Of a stretch of DNA of 64,000 nt, positions 9,721 through 19,218 are shown in pieces (the first letter of the stretch is position 1; each line of letters starts with the position of its first letter). The notes beneath the pieces were generated by a model, which was not told the origin of the DNA, searched no databases, and worked only from the letters and a program-made list of their open reading frames with translations. Source of the DNA: an uncultured Candidatus Micrarchaeota archaeon (GTDB lineage Archaea; Micrarchaeota; Micrarchaeia; Anstonellales; Bilamarchaeaceae); the NCBI GenBank assembly GCA_963714085.1, contig OY970229.1:1507540-1571539 (forward strand), in the 5' to 3' direction. The translations under genes and the position numbers were made by a program.

Positions 9721-10287
9721 ATGCTCACAGAATCGCAGAGGGAGAAGATATCCGAGTTCGCCAGGGAGCGCGTCTCAAAGAACGACTCGTTCCACGACAT
9801 GGAGCACGTGATGAGGACCGCGGACGCCACGGTGCTCCTCTCCGTGGCAGAGCGCGCGGACCAGGAGATATGCTGGACCGCGGCCATGCTGCACGACATC
9901 TGCAAGAGCGAGCCCGGGGACCATGCGGAATCCGGCGCCAAGCTCGCGGAGAAGTTCCTCTCAAGCATCGGCGTGGGCAGGGAGTTCACCTCCCGCGTGA
10001 GGGACGCCATCCGCTTCCACAACAAGGACTTCGACAGCACGGCCCCGATAGAGCAGCAGGTGCTCTGGGACTCGGACAAGCTCTGCAACATGACCCCGGA
10101 CGGCTTCCGCAAGCGGATGCTCCCCTACTGGGTGATGAAGAAGGGGAGGAAGGAGGGCATAGAGGCCGCGGTGGCGGAGTACTATTTCTTCAAGGCCCGG
10201 TTCCACACGAAGGCCGGCATGAAGGAGGTCGGCAGGCACTCCGCGGAGATGGAGCGCTATATGGCAGAGCTCAAAAGCGAAGCATAA
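9721..10287 (+). CDS. HD-domain phosphohydrolase
   Basis: HDMEHVMR...AAMLHDICK...DHA...DSDKL. Confidence 0.9.
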   Translation: MLTESQREKISEFARERVSKNDSFHDMEHVMRTADATVLLSVAERADQEICWTAAMLHDICKSEPGDHAESGAKLAEKFLSSIGVGREFTSRVRDAIRFHNKDFDSTAPIEQQVLWDSDKLCNMTPDGFRKRMLPYWVMKKGRKEGIEAAVAEYYFFKARFHTKAGMKEVGRHSAEMERYMAELKSEA

Positions 10288-10324
10288 AATAGCTTCAGGG
10301 TATCTATAATGCAGGTGTTTTGGC

Positions 10325-10855
10325 ATGGATTTCAAGAAGGCTCTCGGTTCGGCGAAGATGATAATCGTGATCTCACTGGTCTTCAACCTGGTGATGATCT
10401 GCATAGGGGTGGTGCTCGGCATCCTCGGATTCGGGGCCTCGGCCGCGGCGAGCCAGATCGGACTCGTGGCCAGCCTGGGAGGCGCCACGTTAATCACGAT
10501 CGTGAGCTGGGGGGTTAAGGCAATCGTATTCCTGGGCAACATCGCGATAATCGTCTACGGAGGGCACCGCGCAGCGAAACGGGGCAACGACCTCATGACC
10601 TGCGGCATGGTGGGGCTCGTCACCTACGCGCTGGTCGGCCTCTTCTGCGGCGTGATAAACCTCGTGCTCGGGTTCTTCGGGATCGGAGCGGCCCTGATCA
10701 CCAGCGGCAGCGCCATGACCGGCCTCTTCAGCGGCCTTCTGGGCGCCGCGAGCCTCGGGATGGGGCTCGTGTGCGGCGTGATCTGGTACGTCCTCGGCCT
10801 GGTCACGAACTTCCTCGTAGCGCTGGCAGGCGGTATGATAGGCGGCGCGAAGTAG
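10325..10855 (+). CDS. Gly-rich multi-pass membrane protein (paralog 1)
   Basis: About four hydrophobic segments; shares motifs with the next gene. Confidence 0.8.
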   Translation: MDFKKALGSAKMIIVISLVFNLVMICIGVVLGILGFGASAAASQIGLVASLGGATLITIVSWGVKAIVFLGNIAIIVYGGHRAAKRGNDLMTCGMVGLVTYALVGLFCGVINLVLGFFGIGAALITSGSAMTGLFSGLLGAASLGMGLVCGVIWYVLGLVTNFLVALAGGMIGGAK

Positions 10856-10892
10856 GCTCCGGCTTTCCGGGTGCTCGCGGGGATCGTTTGGC

Positions 10893-11447
10893 ATGGGCTT
10901 CAGAAAGGCTCTTGAAGCGGCGAAGGCGACCATCCTGGTCTCGCTCCTGTTCAATCTGGTCATGACGTGCCTCCAAACCGCGCTCAACGCCCCCCAGTCC
11001 GGCATCGTCCCATCCTCCGGTCCCACGCCGTTGGAAATCGCAAGCTGGATCCTGTCATTGGTGGTCTTCCTGGGGAACGTCCTCCTGATCGTTTATTGCG
11101 GATACCGCGCAGCGAAAAAAGGCAACGACCTCGCGACCTGCGGATTGGCCGGGCTCGTCACCTACGGCGTCGTCTATCCTGTGATCTCCGCATTGCAGGT
11201 CGCGGTGGTCCTGTTCGAAGCCGGCGGGGTAGGGCCCTTGATGGACAGCCTGGCCAGCGCGTCCGCGAGCGGCGTGCCTCCGGGCATGGCGGGCCCGCTG
11301 TTCATCGTCGGCGTCATCGCCAGCATGGCGATCCTGTGGGCCGGCGGCATGGTCCTCAACTTCTTCGTCGCGCTGGCTGGAGGCGCGATAGGCGGCGCCA
11401 GGTATGCGGCGTCGTCTCCACGTCCCGGAACGCCGCAATCTTTATAA
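10893..11447 (+). CDS. Gly-rich multi-pass membrane protein (paralog 2)
   Basis: Shares F.KAL..AK, G.RAAK.GNDL.TCG..GLVTY and NF.VALAGG.IGGA with 10325..10855. Confidence 0.8.
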   Translation: MGFRKALEAAKATILVSLLFNLVMTCLQTALNAPQSGIVPSSGPTPLEIASWILSLVVFLGNVLLIVYCGYRAAKKGNDLATCGLAGLVTYGVVYPVISALQVAVVLFEAGGVGPLMDSLASASASGVPPGMAGPLFIVGVIASMAILWAGGMVLNFFVALAGGAIGGARYAASSPRPGTPQSL

Positions 11448-11492
11448 TATTGCCCTGCCTATTGTGACCAACCAGTATATCGAGGGGATAAC

Positions 11493-12272
11493 TTGAAATT
11501 GAAAACGCTGTCCGTCCTGTTGGTCCTCCTAGCCGTGGCATCCGCAACCGCTCCGACTTGGATAGCGCCCGGAGTCAGCCTGAACTATACCTCCGGAACC
11601 ACCTCGGTCTCGTTCGCGGTGACCAGCGCGACGAGCGGCAAGATAGGCATCTCGCTCACCACCTCGCCGCCCCCGAATACGAATAATTTCGAAGAGAACG
11701 CCACTTTGACCTCGGGCCAGTTCTGGTTCGACCCCAACATGATATCCCATGCCTACCAGGGCGAACTGATCAACGGCTTCACCGTCACGAGCACCGGCCC
11801 GCAGTCATTCGCAGGCCAGTCCTGGAACACGGCGACGCTCAGGGGGATCGTGAGCGGCGCGGAGACCAGCTATACATACGACGAGCAGACCGGATTGCTG
11901 CTGGAACAGACCGTGGAGGCGTCCGGAGTGCCAAACGTCGTCCTGTCGCAGTATTACATCCCGGCCCTCGCGCCTCCGCCGCAGAACATCACGCCTCCGC
12001 CGCAGAACACCACGGTGCCTCCTGCTCCGCAGCCCAACGCCACCATCGCGCCCCCGCCCGTACCGCCGGCCGTGAACACCACCGCGCAGGGCAATTCAAC
12101 GGACAATTCTTCGGCCGTGCAGCCAACGGACAACTCGTCCCTGGTTCCATCTGGCGCGGGCGACCAGGGTTCGACGTCGAGCGACCAGTCCTCTTCGTCA
12201 TCGCTCCCCTGCTGCCCGACCTCGTTCATACTGCTGCTCGCGGGATTCGTGGCGATCAAGGCCGCCAGATGA
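11493..12272 (+). CDS. Secreted surface protein with Pro/Ser/Thr linker and C-terminal Cys-Cys-Pro anchor-like segment
   Basis: Signal peptide; PPPQN repeats; ends SSSSLPCCPTSFILLLAGFVAIKAAR. Confidence 0.8.
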   Translation: MKLKTLSVLLVLLAVASATAPTWIAPGVSLNYTSGTTSVSFAVTSATSGKIGISLTTSPPPNTNNFEENATLTSGQFWFDPNMISHAYQGELINGFTVTSTGPQSFAGQSWNTATLRGIVSGAETSYTYDEQTGLLLEQTVEASGVPNVVLSQYYIPALAPPPQNITPPPQNTTVPPAPQPNATIAPPPVPPAVNTTAQGNSTDNSSAVQPTDNSSLVPSGAGDQGSTSSDQSSSSSLPCCPTSFILLLAGFVAIKAAR

Positions 12273-12330
12273 AAATGGGAAAAAGCTTCCGGCCGTGGTC
12301 TGGCGCGATTGAGCTACTCGTTTTTTTCTT

Positions 12331-12996
12331 TTACGGACTGGAGCATGCCCCTATCTCTTCTATTGAAATCACCCTTCTCGGAGGAGGGCTTAACGCGCCG
12401 TTGTAAAACGACCTGTCAAACAGGGCTATCCTGCCGGCTGAAGGCAAACCCTCGCTATTTGCGAAACCGACTATCAATCTCTCGGCTTCAGCGGAAAAAG
12501 CGCGTGCTGGAAGCCTGTCTTCATCATCCGGCAGTATGTACGGGTTTTTCCTTCCTCCCAGGATGATCGACACGTGCGGCGCGACATGGGGATGAACGCG
12601 CGCTATCATCATTGGAAGTTCAAGCTGTTGTCGAATCTCTGGTGAAAATTCCCGGTAGTGCTTCAAAAAAGCGAATACGTCCGTTCCGTTTTTCATCGCT
12701 TCGCATACCATGTGGAAAAGTTGTTCTTTTACCCCACCCACCTCTTCTGTGCGGGCGAAAAAATCCCTGTTGAACGACTGTTGGCCTTTTCCTACGATAT
12801 AGACGACCAATCTTTGATATACGTCTGGATCGCGGCCCGCCTCATTGCTTTGCCTTCGCATCTCCCTCGTTTCCAGTTCTTCCGGAGGCTGAAGAGCATA
12901 CCCTTTGGCCCTGGCCGTCTCGCTAAATTCATTGAATCTTTGCTCTACCGTCTTGCGCCCTGCTCCGTTTTTTGGCTGTATTTGTGTGCTTGCCAT
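12331..12996 (-). CDS. Hypothetical protein (lower GC, accessory)
   Basis: 221 aa ORF with AT-rich upstream region. Confidence 0.65.
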   Translation of the reverse strand: MASTQIQPKNGAGRKTVEQRFNEFSETARAKGYALQPPEELETREMRRQSNEAGRDPDVYQRLVVYIVGKGQQSFNRDFFARTEEVGGVKEQLFHMVCEAMKNGTDVFAFLKHYREFSPEIRQQLELPMMIARVHPHVAPHVSIILGGRKNPYILPDDEDRLPARAFSAEAERLIVGFANSEGLPSAGRIALFDRSFYNGALSPPPRRVISIEEIGACSSP

Positions 12997-13261
12997 AAGA
13001 GAATCCCTGTTCCATGCCGTGATTCTTTGCCAGGTACTATTGTGCTATGTCATACTTAAAAATCTATCATTCATAACACAAGATGTTTAATATAAACGGT
13101 ATTACATTTGTTTCTTCGCCCTCCCGCTCCACTCGCGCTCATAGTTTGTCTTTTTCTGGCATCTTCATCCCGTCGATTCGCGCTCCGCCAGCGAATCCTT
13201 TTTATTGGTTGCCCCTGAAATAGCTTAACTCTTCTACTTATGCGCGGGTTCAGGTGACTCC

Positions 13262-16200
13262 ATGGCAATCACGAAGATACGGAAAAGGGATGGAACTGTA
13301 GTCGACTTCGACAAGGAAAAGATCGTCAACGCCATATTCAAGTCCGCGCAGGCGGTCGGCGGCTCGGACCGCGAGGAGTCCGCGAGGGTCGCGGACCACG
13401 CCATCGAGCTTCTGGGGCAGAAGTTCAAGGAGGATTACACCCCCACGGTGGAAGACGTCCAGGATATCGTTGAGAAGGCGCTCATAGACACCGGCCATGC
13501 GACGACCGCGAAATCCTACATCTTATACAGGCACAGGAAGACGGTGGAGAGGGAGGCCAAGCGCGTCCTCGGAGTCAAGGACGACCTCAAGCTCCCGCTC
13601 AACTCCGTGCAGGTGCTCGAGAGGAGATACCTGCTCAAGGACGACGAGGGCAAGGTCATAGAGACGCCCAGCCAGCTCTTCAGGAGGGTCGCGGACTTCA
13701 TCGCTTCCAACGAGAAGCGCTACGAGGCGGACGCCAAGACCGAGAAATTCTACGCCGACGCGTTCTACGAGATAATGACGACATTCGAGTTCCTGCCCAA
13801 CTCGCCCACATTGATGAATGCGGGCACGGGGCTCGGACAATTATCTGCATGCTTCGTGCTCCCTGTGAAGGACGACATCGAGCAGATATTCGATTCCGTG
13901 AAGCACGCGGCGATCATTCACAAGACCGGCGGCGGGTGCATACTGAAGGGCTCGCGGGTCTACTCGACGTTCTGCGGGTCCGAGGCCATAGACCGGCTGT
14001 ACGATTCCTTTGATTCAGGTTCCAACGTGATACCGGAGAACGGGGCCTTCTACATTGACATCAGCGATGAAAGCATCCGCGTCCCGTCGTTCGACAAGTC
14101 CACCGGCTCCATGGCTTTCGTGCCGGTGCAGAAGATATGGAAGTACATCCTGCCATCCGAGAAGACATTCACGATGAAAGCAGTAGGCGGCTACCATGCG
14201 ACAACGAGCGAGTGGCACCCGTTCTTCGTATTCGAGAACGGCGCGATAATGGAGAGGAGGGCGGACGAACTGAAAGCCGGCGACCTGCTCATCACGTCCA
14301 ACCCGACGCTCAAGGACGCCTGGGCATACTCCAAGAACCATGTTATGGAGGGGATCGAGCTCGACGAGGATCTCGCATGGCTCGCAGGCATATTCTCGAC
14401 CGACGGCTCGCTCGACGAGATACGGCAGGGGCCGAGATTCAGGGTGTTCTCCGCAGACCAGGCTATAATCGACCGCGCGCTGGACATAGTGGAGAAAAAA
14501 ACCGGGAAACGCTACGCAGTGGAGACGGATTACCGCTCGAAAAACCCGGTCATGCGCATAACCGCCTACGATAAGGCTCTCATGGCGGCCTTGAAGAGGC
14601 TGAACCGCGGGATCACCGGCAACAAGACGCGGACCGTCAGGATCCCGGCCGAGGTCTTCAAATCCCCGCTGCCGATCATCGGCGCCTATCTCGGGGGAGT
14701 GATAGACGGGGACGGGCATATCCAGAAGAGCAAGCCCCAGATGGAGATTTCCGGAGCAAGCAAGGAATTCATGGAGGACCTGTGTTCCCTCTTCTCCTTG
14801 TTCGGGATCAAGAGCCGGTACAGGAGGAGAGTCGATCCCAGGAATCCGGATTGGGTCGAGATGTACGAGGTCAGCGTGAGCGGGCAGATAAGCCTGAAGA
14901 GGCTGGCGGACCTGGTCCTGCCCTACATCGTCCTCGAGCGGAAGCGCTCGCGGCTGGAGGCGTATATGAAGAAAACACATTCCTCGAGCCCGGCTAACCT
15001 GGATTTCGCCCTGATAGAGCCAATCCTGAACGAGGCCGGCATCGACACCAAGAACACGGAGATATGGCGCAAAAGCGTGAAAGTCGGGAGCCTTAAGATA
15101 TTCCTCGCGCGCTGGAAGAAGAAGGGAAAGGTGAACCAGACGAAAGCGGTCTCGCTGCTCGAGGAACTGCTGAAGATGGATGTATCCGCGGAATCGAAAC
15201 AAAAGCTCAACCTGCTCATCAACGTCCTGCCGAGCCTCATGGAAATCAAGTCCGTGACCCGGAGCCAGGCGGGCGCAGAGCTCGAGTTCTACGATTTCAC
15301 GGTCCCCGGGACGCAGAACTACCTGGCAGGGAACATGGGGTTGTCTATAATACATAACACCGGGTTCTGCTTCTCCTACCTCAGGCCGAAAGGGGATTAC
15401 GTGAAGAGTACCGCCGGCGTCGCGTCCGGGCCGCTGTCCTTCATGAGCGCGTTCGACAACGCGACCAACGTGATAAAACAGGGAGGATGCGTATCCTCCG
15501 ATTCCCTTGTCAGGACCACCAAAGGGGTGATGGCCCTGAAAAGATTCCTGAATTGCCCGAAGATGGGTGACGCTCCGGCGGATGCCCTCGTATTCACCAA
15601 CGGAAGTTTCAGCAATGCGTATCTCGCCGAGGACAACGGACTTTCGGAAGTGGAAGTCATCACGACCGAAATCGGCACCGAATTGAAGGCGACTTACAAC
15701 CACTCCGTATGCGTAGTGGACGCTGACGGGAAATTCGCATGGAAAGAAGTTTCCCAGTTGAAGAAAGATGATTGGGTCGTCCATGTGCTCGGAGGCCATT
15801 GCGGGATGGACCAACCGCTCCCCAAAGCGGATTTCAAGCTCCACTTCAACGCGAACAAAGTCCGCATACCCAAGAAAATGTCTCCGGACCTTGCGGAATT
15901 GCTCGGCATGTACGTGGCCAACGGCTGCATCAGCGGAAACAGGATTATCTTTGCTGTCGAGAAAAAGGACAAGCAGCTAATCATGAGGCTAAAAACCCTG
16001 ATGGCCGGCCTTTTCAACCTGACCTTCTGCAGGATGGAGGAGAAGGAGAATGACGCATCCTATTGCATGGTCTTCTATTCGAAAGAGCTGGCTAAGTACT
16101 TCGGCAGTGCGGGCTGGAAGAAAAACGGCGCAAAGGACGCTTTCATACCGGACGTAATCTTCGAATCGTCCGAACAAAGCGCGAGGGCGTTCCTGAAAGG

Positions 16201-19168
16201 GCTGTTCGAGGGAGACGGTGACGTCCACAGCGACGGCTATCCAAGGCTCTACTCAATCTCCGAAAGATTGATAAAACAGGTGCAGCAGCTCCTTTTCGGC
16301 CTTGGTATAGTGTCCACCTGGCACAGCTATGACCATCCGGAGAACCGGTTCGGAAAGACTCCGATATGCCACCTGATGGTCATCCAGCAGGACAGCATGG
16401 AAAAATTCTCCAGGGACATCGGATTCATAACCTCGAGGAAGAACAACCTGCTCTCTTCGAGGAAAAAAGCAAGGGCGTTCGAATACTTCGACGTGATCCC
16501 AAACCAGGAAAAACTGCTCAGGTCCTTGTACCGCGGACCCGGGAGGGGATGCGCAAAAGGGAAGAAAAGCAAAGGGGCGGACCGGGTTTTCTACAAGGCG
16601 CTCCAGCACTACTTGGGTGGCGTTTCGACCGTGACAAAAAGGAATCTCACGCGGATGAGGCTGAAATCCCTGATGGCGCGGTTCGAACAGCTCAGATGCG
16701 AGCAGCTTGAGAAGGTCTGCAACGAGCAGTATTTCTATTCGAGGGTCAAGGAAATCACCCACGCCAAGGATTACACCATGGACATCATGGTCCCAGGTTC
16801 GGAGAAGTTCGTGGCGAACAGCATGCTCGTGCATAATAAAAGGCGCGGGGCGAACATGGGCGTGCTCCATGTCTGGCATCCTGACATAGAGGAGTTCATA
16901 ACCGCGAAGCAGACCAGCGGCGTGCTGGAGAACTTCAACGTCAGCGTCGCGATAGACGACAAGTTCATGAAGGCTGTGGAGAGCGACGGCGAATACGAGC
17001 TCATAAACCCGAGGAACAGCAAGGTGGTGCGCAAGGTGAGCGCCAGGAGCATATTCAAGCTCATCGCGTACTCAGCATGGAAGTCCGCGGAGCCGGGGCT
17101 GCTCTTCATAGACGAGATAAACAGGCGCAACCCGACGCCGAAATACCCGATAAACTCGACCAACCCGTGCGTGGTCGGAGACACCATCGTGACGACCAGC
17201 GAGGGGCTGATCGAGATACCGAAAGTCCACAACCCCCACTGGGTGCTCGGCCATGACGGCGGATACCACCCGGTCAGGTGGGCGGGAGAAACTGGCGAGA
17301 AAGAGGTGTTCCTGGTGCGGACCGAGGCCGGTTACGAGGCCAAGGCCACGGCGGACCACATGTTCCTCACCACGAAAGGATGGAAGCAGGTGCGCGAGCT
17401 TACTAAGAAGGACAGGCTGGTGGTCCAGAAAGAGGGCGCGTTCGGGAACGGGCACATCGACAAGCAGATGGCGCTCATGCTCGGGTGGCTGGTCGGGGAC
17501 GGCACGCTGACCAAGGGCGCCCAGGACGCGATATTCTATTTCGGCGCGCAAGAGAAGGAGGAGATGCTCCCGCTGTTCAAGTCCTATCTGGACAAGCTGA
17601 ACGGCTCGGCAGTCAGGCCCATAAAGGACAAGACCGAGACCAGGCTCAAATACTCCTCGAAGATAGCCGCGAGGTTCCAGGATCTCGGCGTGAAGCCGGT
17701 GAAAGCCGAAAACAAGGAAGTCCCCGCCTCGGTATTCACCATGGACCGCGAGACCGTCGCGTTGTTCCTGTCCGCGTTGTTCGGGGCGGACGGTTCGGTG
17801 CAGGGGAGCAAGGAGAAAGGGATAAGCATAAGGCTCGCCTCGAACTCCTCAAGGCTGCTCAAGCAGGTCCAGGTCCTGCTGCTCCAGTTCGGGATAGTAT
17901 CCAAGGTCTACGAGAACAGGAGGAACGCGCACGTGAAGATGATGCCGGATTCCGACAGGCAGATGAAGGCATACTCGTGCAAGGCGCAGCACGAGCTGAT
18001 AATCTCCCGCGAGAGCATGTTCAGGTTCATGCAGAAGATAGGATTCTGCATAGCTGCGAAGAACGAGAAGTTCGCGAGGCTCAAGCCCAAGGAGATATAT
18101 TCCGATGACATCGACCTGTCCGTCAAATCCGTGGAGAAAGCCGGAGTCGCGAAGGTCTACGACCTGACCGAGCCCACGACCCATTCGTTCTCAGCGAACG
18201 GGCTCATGGTGCACAACTGCGGCGAGGTCCCGATGCCGGACTACGAGTCCTGCAACCTCGGTTCCATAAATCTGGTGTGCTTCGTGGACTTCGACTGGTC
18301 CAAGACCCAGTGGAAAAAGAAGGTGGACTGGAAGCGGATGCGCTACGTCATCCGGCTCGCGGTCCAGTTCCTCGACAACGTCATAGACCTCAACAACTAC
18401 CCGATCCCCCAGATAAAGGAGCACACCATCCACCACCGGAGGATCGGCCTCGGCATAATGGGCTTCTCCAAGATGCTCGCCAAGATAGGCGTGCGCTACG
18501 ACAGCCCCGAGGCGCTGGAGGTGGCGGAGGAGACCATGAAGTTCGTGACGGACGAGGCCATGAAGATGTCCCACGAGCTCGGCCGCGCGCGCGGCTCGTT
18601 CCCAGGATTCGCGGAGAGCACCTGGGCAGGCAAGTACGACGCGCTGCGCAACGCGACCGTGACTTCCATAGCGCCCACGGGCACGATCTCCATGATAGCC
18701 GACTCCTCCAGCGGCATAGAGCCGATGTTCGCATTGTCCTACATAAAGACCGTGATGGACGGCACCAAGCTCTACTACTCGGACGACGTGTTCGAGCACG
18801 TGCTGAAGGTCCGCGGATTGTACTCCCCTGAGCTCATGCAGGACGTCATAGACAACGGCACTGTGCAGGGCATGGACAGCATACCCAAGGAGATACAGAA
18901 CGTTTTCGTTGTGGCCCACGACATACCGTCCGACCGCCACGTGATGATACAGGCCGCGTTCCAGCGCCACACGGACCTCGCGGTGAGCAAGACCATAAAC
19001 ATGCCGGCCGAGGCGACCGTGGAGGACGTCGAGCGCGCTTACATGCTCGCCTGGAAGGAGGGCTGCAAGGGCATCACGATATATCGGGACGGCAGCAGGG
19101 GCGAGGGCGTGCTGACCAAGAGGAAGAAGGAGAAGGCGGACCCCCCGAAGGAGCCGATGGAGGGATAA
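13262..19168 (+). CDS. nrdJ: Class II (adenosylcobalamin-dependent) ribonucleotide reductase with N-terminal ATP cone and three inteins (694 aa extein)
   Basis: KIRKRDG ATP cone; FLPNSPTLMNAG, LSACFV, RRGANM, TNP-CGE, CNLGSINL, IAPTGTIS, KGITIYRDGSR. Confidence 0.96.
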   Translation: MAITKIRKRDGTVVDFDKEKIVNAIFKSAQAVGGSDREESARVADHAIELLGQKFKEDYTPTVEDVQDIVEKALIDTGHATTAKSYILYRHRKTVEREAKRVLGVKDDLKLPLNSVQVLERRYLLKDDEGKVIETPSQLFRRVADFIASNEKRYEADAKTEKFYADAFYEIMTTFEFLPNSPTLMNAGTGLGQLSACFVLPVKDDIEQIFDSVKHAAIIHKTGGGCILKGSRVYSTFCGSEAIDRLYDSFDSGSNVIPENGAFYIDISDESIRVPSFDKSTGSMAFVPVQKIWKYILPSEKTFTMKAVGGYHATTSEWHPFFVFENGAIMERRADELKAGDLLITSNPTLKDAWAYSKNHVMEGIELDEDLAWLAGIFSTDGSLDEIRQGPRFRVFSADQAIIDRALDIVEKKTGKRYAVETDYRSKNPVMRITAYDKALMAALKRLNRGITGNKTRTVRIPAEVFKSPLPIIGAYLGGVIDGDGHIQKSKPQMEISGASKEFMEDLCSLFSLFGIKSRYRRRVDPRNPDWVEMYEVSVSGQISLKRLADLVLPYIVLERKRSRLEAYMKKTHSSSPANLDFALIEPILNEAGIDTKNTEIWRKSVKVGSLKIFLARWKKKGKVNQTKAVSLLEELLKMDVSAESKQKLNLLINVLPSLMEIKSVTRSQAGAELEFYDFTVPGTQNYLAGNMGLSIIHNTGFCFSYLRPKGDYVKSTAGVASGPLSFMSAFDNATNVIKQGGCVSSDSLVRTTKGVMALKRFLNCPKMGDAPADALVFTNGSFSNAYLAEDNGLSEVEVITTEIGTELKATYNHSVCVVDADGKFAWKEVSQLKKDDWVVHVLGGHCGMDQPLPKADFKLHFNANKVRIPKKMSPDLAELLGMYVANGCISGNRIIFAVEKKDKQLIMRLKTLMAGLFNLTFCRMEEKENDASYCMVFYSKELAKYFGSAGWKKNGAKDAFIPDVIFESSEQSARAFLKGLFEGDGDVHSDGYPRLYSISERLIKQVQQLLFGLGIVSTWHSYDHPENRFGKTPICHLMVIQQDSMEKFSRDIGFITSRKNNLLSSRKKARAFEYFDVIPNQEKLLRSLYRGPGRGCAKGKKSKGADRVFYKALQHYLGGVSTVTKRNLTRMRLKSLMARFEQLRCEQLEKVCNEQYFYSRVKEITHAKDYTMDIMVPGSEKFVANSMLVHNKRRGANMGVLHVWHPDIEEFITAKQTSGVLENFNVSVAIDDKFMKAVESDGEYELINPRNSKVVRKVSARSIFKLIAYSAWKSAEPGLLFIDEINRRNPTPKYPINSTNPCVVGDTIVTTSEGLIEIPKVHNPHWVLGHDGGYHPVRWAGETGEKEVFLVRTEAGYEAKATADHMFLTTKGWKQVRELTKKDRLVVQKEGAFGNGHIDKQMALMLGWLVGDGTLTKGAQDAIFYFGAQEKEEMLPLFKSYLDKLNGSAVRPIKDKTETRLKYSSKIAARFQDLGVKPVKAENKEVPASVFTMDRETVALFLSALFGADGSVQGSKEKGISIRLASNSSRLLKQVQVLLLQFGIVSKVYENRRNAHVKMMPDSDRQMKAYSCKAQHELIISRESMFRFMQKIGFCIAAKNEKFARLKPKEIYSDDIDLSVKSVEKAGVAKVYDLTEPTTHSFSANGLMVHNCGEVPMPDYESCNLGSINLVCFVDFDWSKTQWKKKVDWKRMRYVIRLAVQFLDNVIDLNNYPIPQIKEHTIHHRRIGLGIMGFSKMLAKIGVRYDSPEALEVAEETMKFVTDEAMKMSHELGRARGSFPGFAESTWAGKYDALRNATVTSIAPTGTISMIADSSSGIEPMFALSYIKTVMDGTKLYYSDDVFEHVLKVRGLYSPELMQDVIDNGTVQGMDSIPKEIQNVFVVAHDIPSDRHVMIQAAFQRHTDLAVSKTINMPAEATVEDVERAYMLAWKEGCKGITIYRDGSRGEGVLTKRKKEKADPPKEPMEG
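13937..15358 (+). mobile_element. Intein 1 in NrdJ (474 aa, LAGLIDADG endonuclease)
   Basis: GGG|CILKGS...IIHN|T; LAGIFSTDG and LGGVIDGDG motifs. Confidence 0.93.
15488..16837 (+). mobile_element. Intein 2 in NrdJ (450 aa, LAGLIDADG endonuclease) followed by Lys at +1
   Basis: KQGG|CVSSDS...TYNH...LVHN|KRRGANM; LLGMYVANG and LKGLFEGDG motifs. Confidence 0.92.
17168..18217 (+). mobile_element. Intein 3 in NrdJ (350 aa) just before the catalytic thiyl-radical Cys
   Basis: TNP|CVVGDT...TADH...MVHN|CGE; LGWLVGDG and LSALFGADG motifs. Confidence 0.94.
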
Positions 19169-19218
19169 GGAAAGGGTTTTAACAGATGTAATCCCATATT
19201 ATCATGAGAGGTTTTACC

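Noticed and set aside
14015..15844. 609-aa minus-strand ORF and similar long antisense ORFs over gltX, smc and fbp
   Set aside because: Shadow frames caused by high GC3 in clearly identified genes; no motifs.
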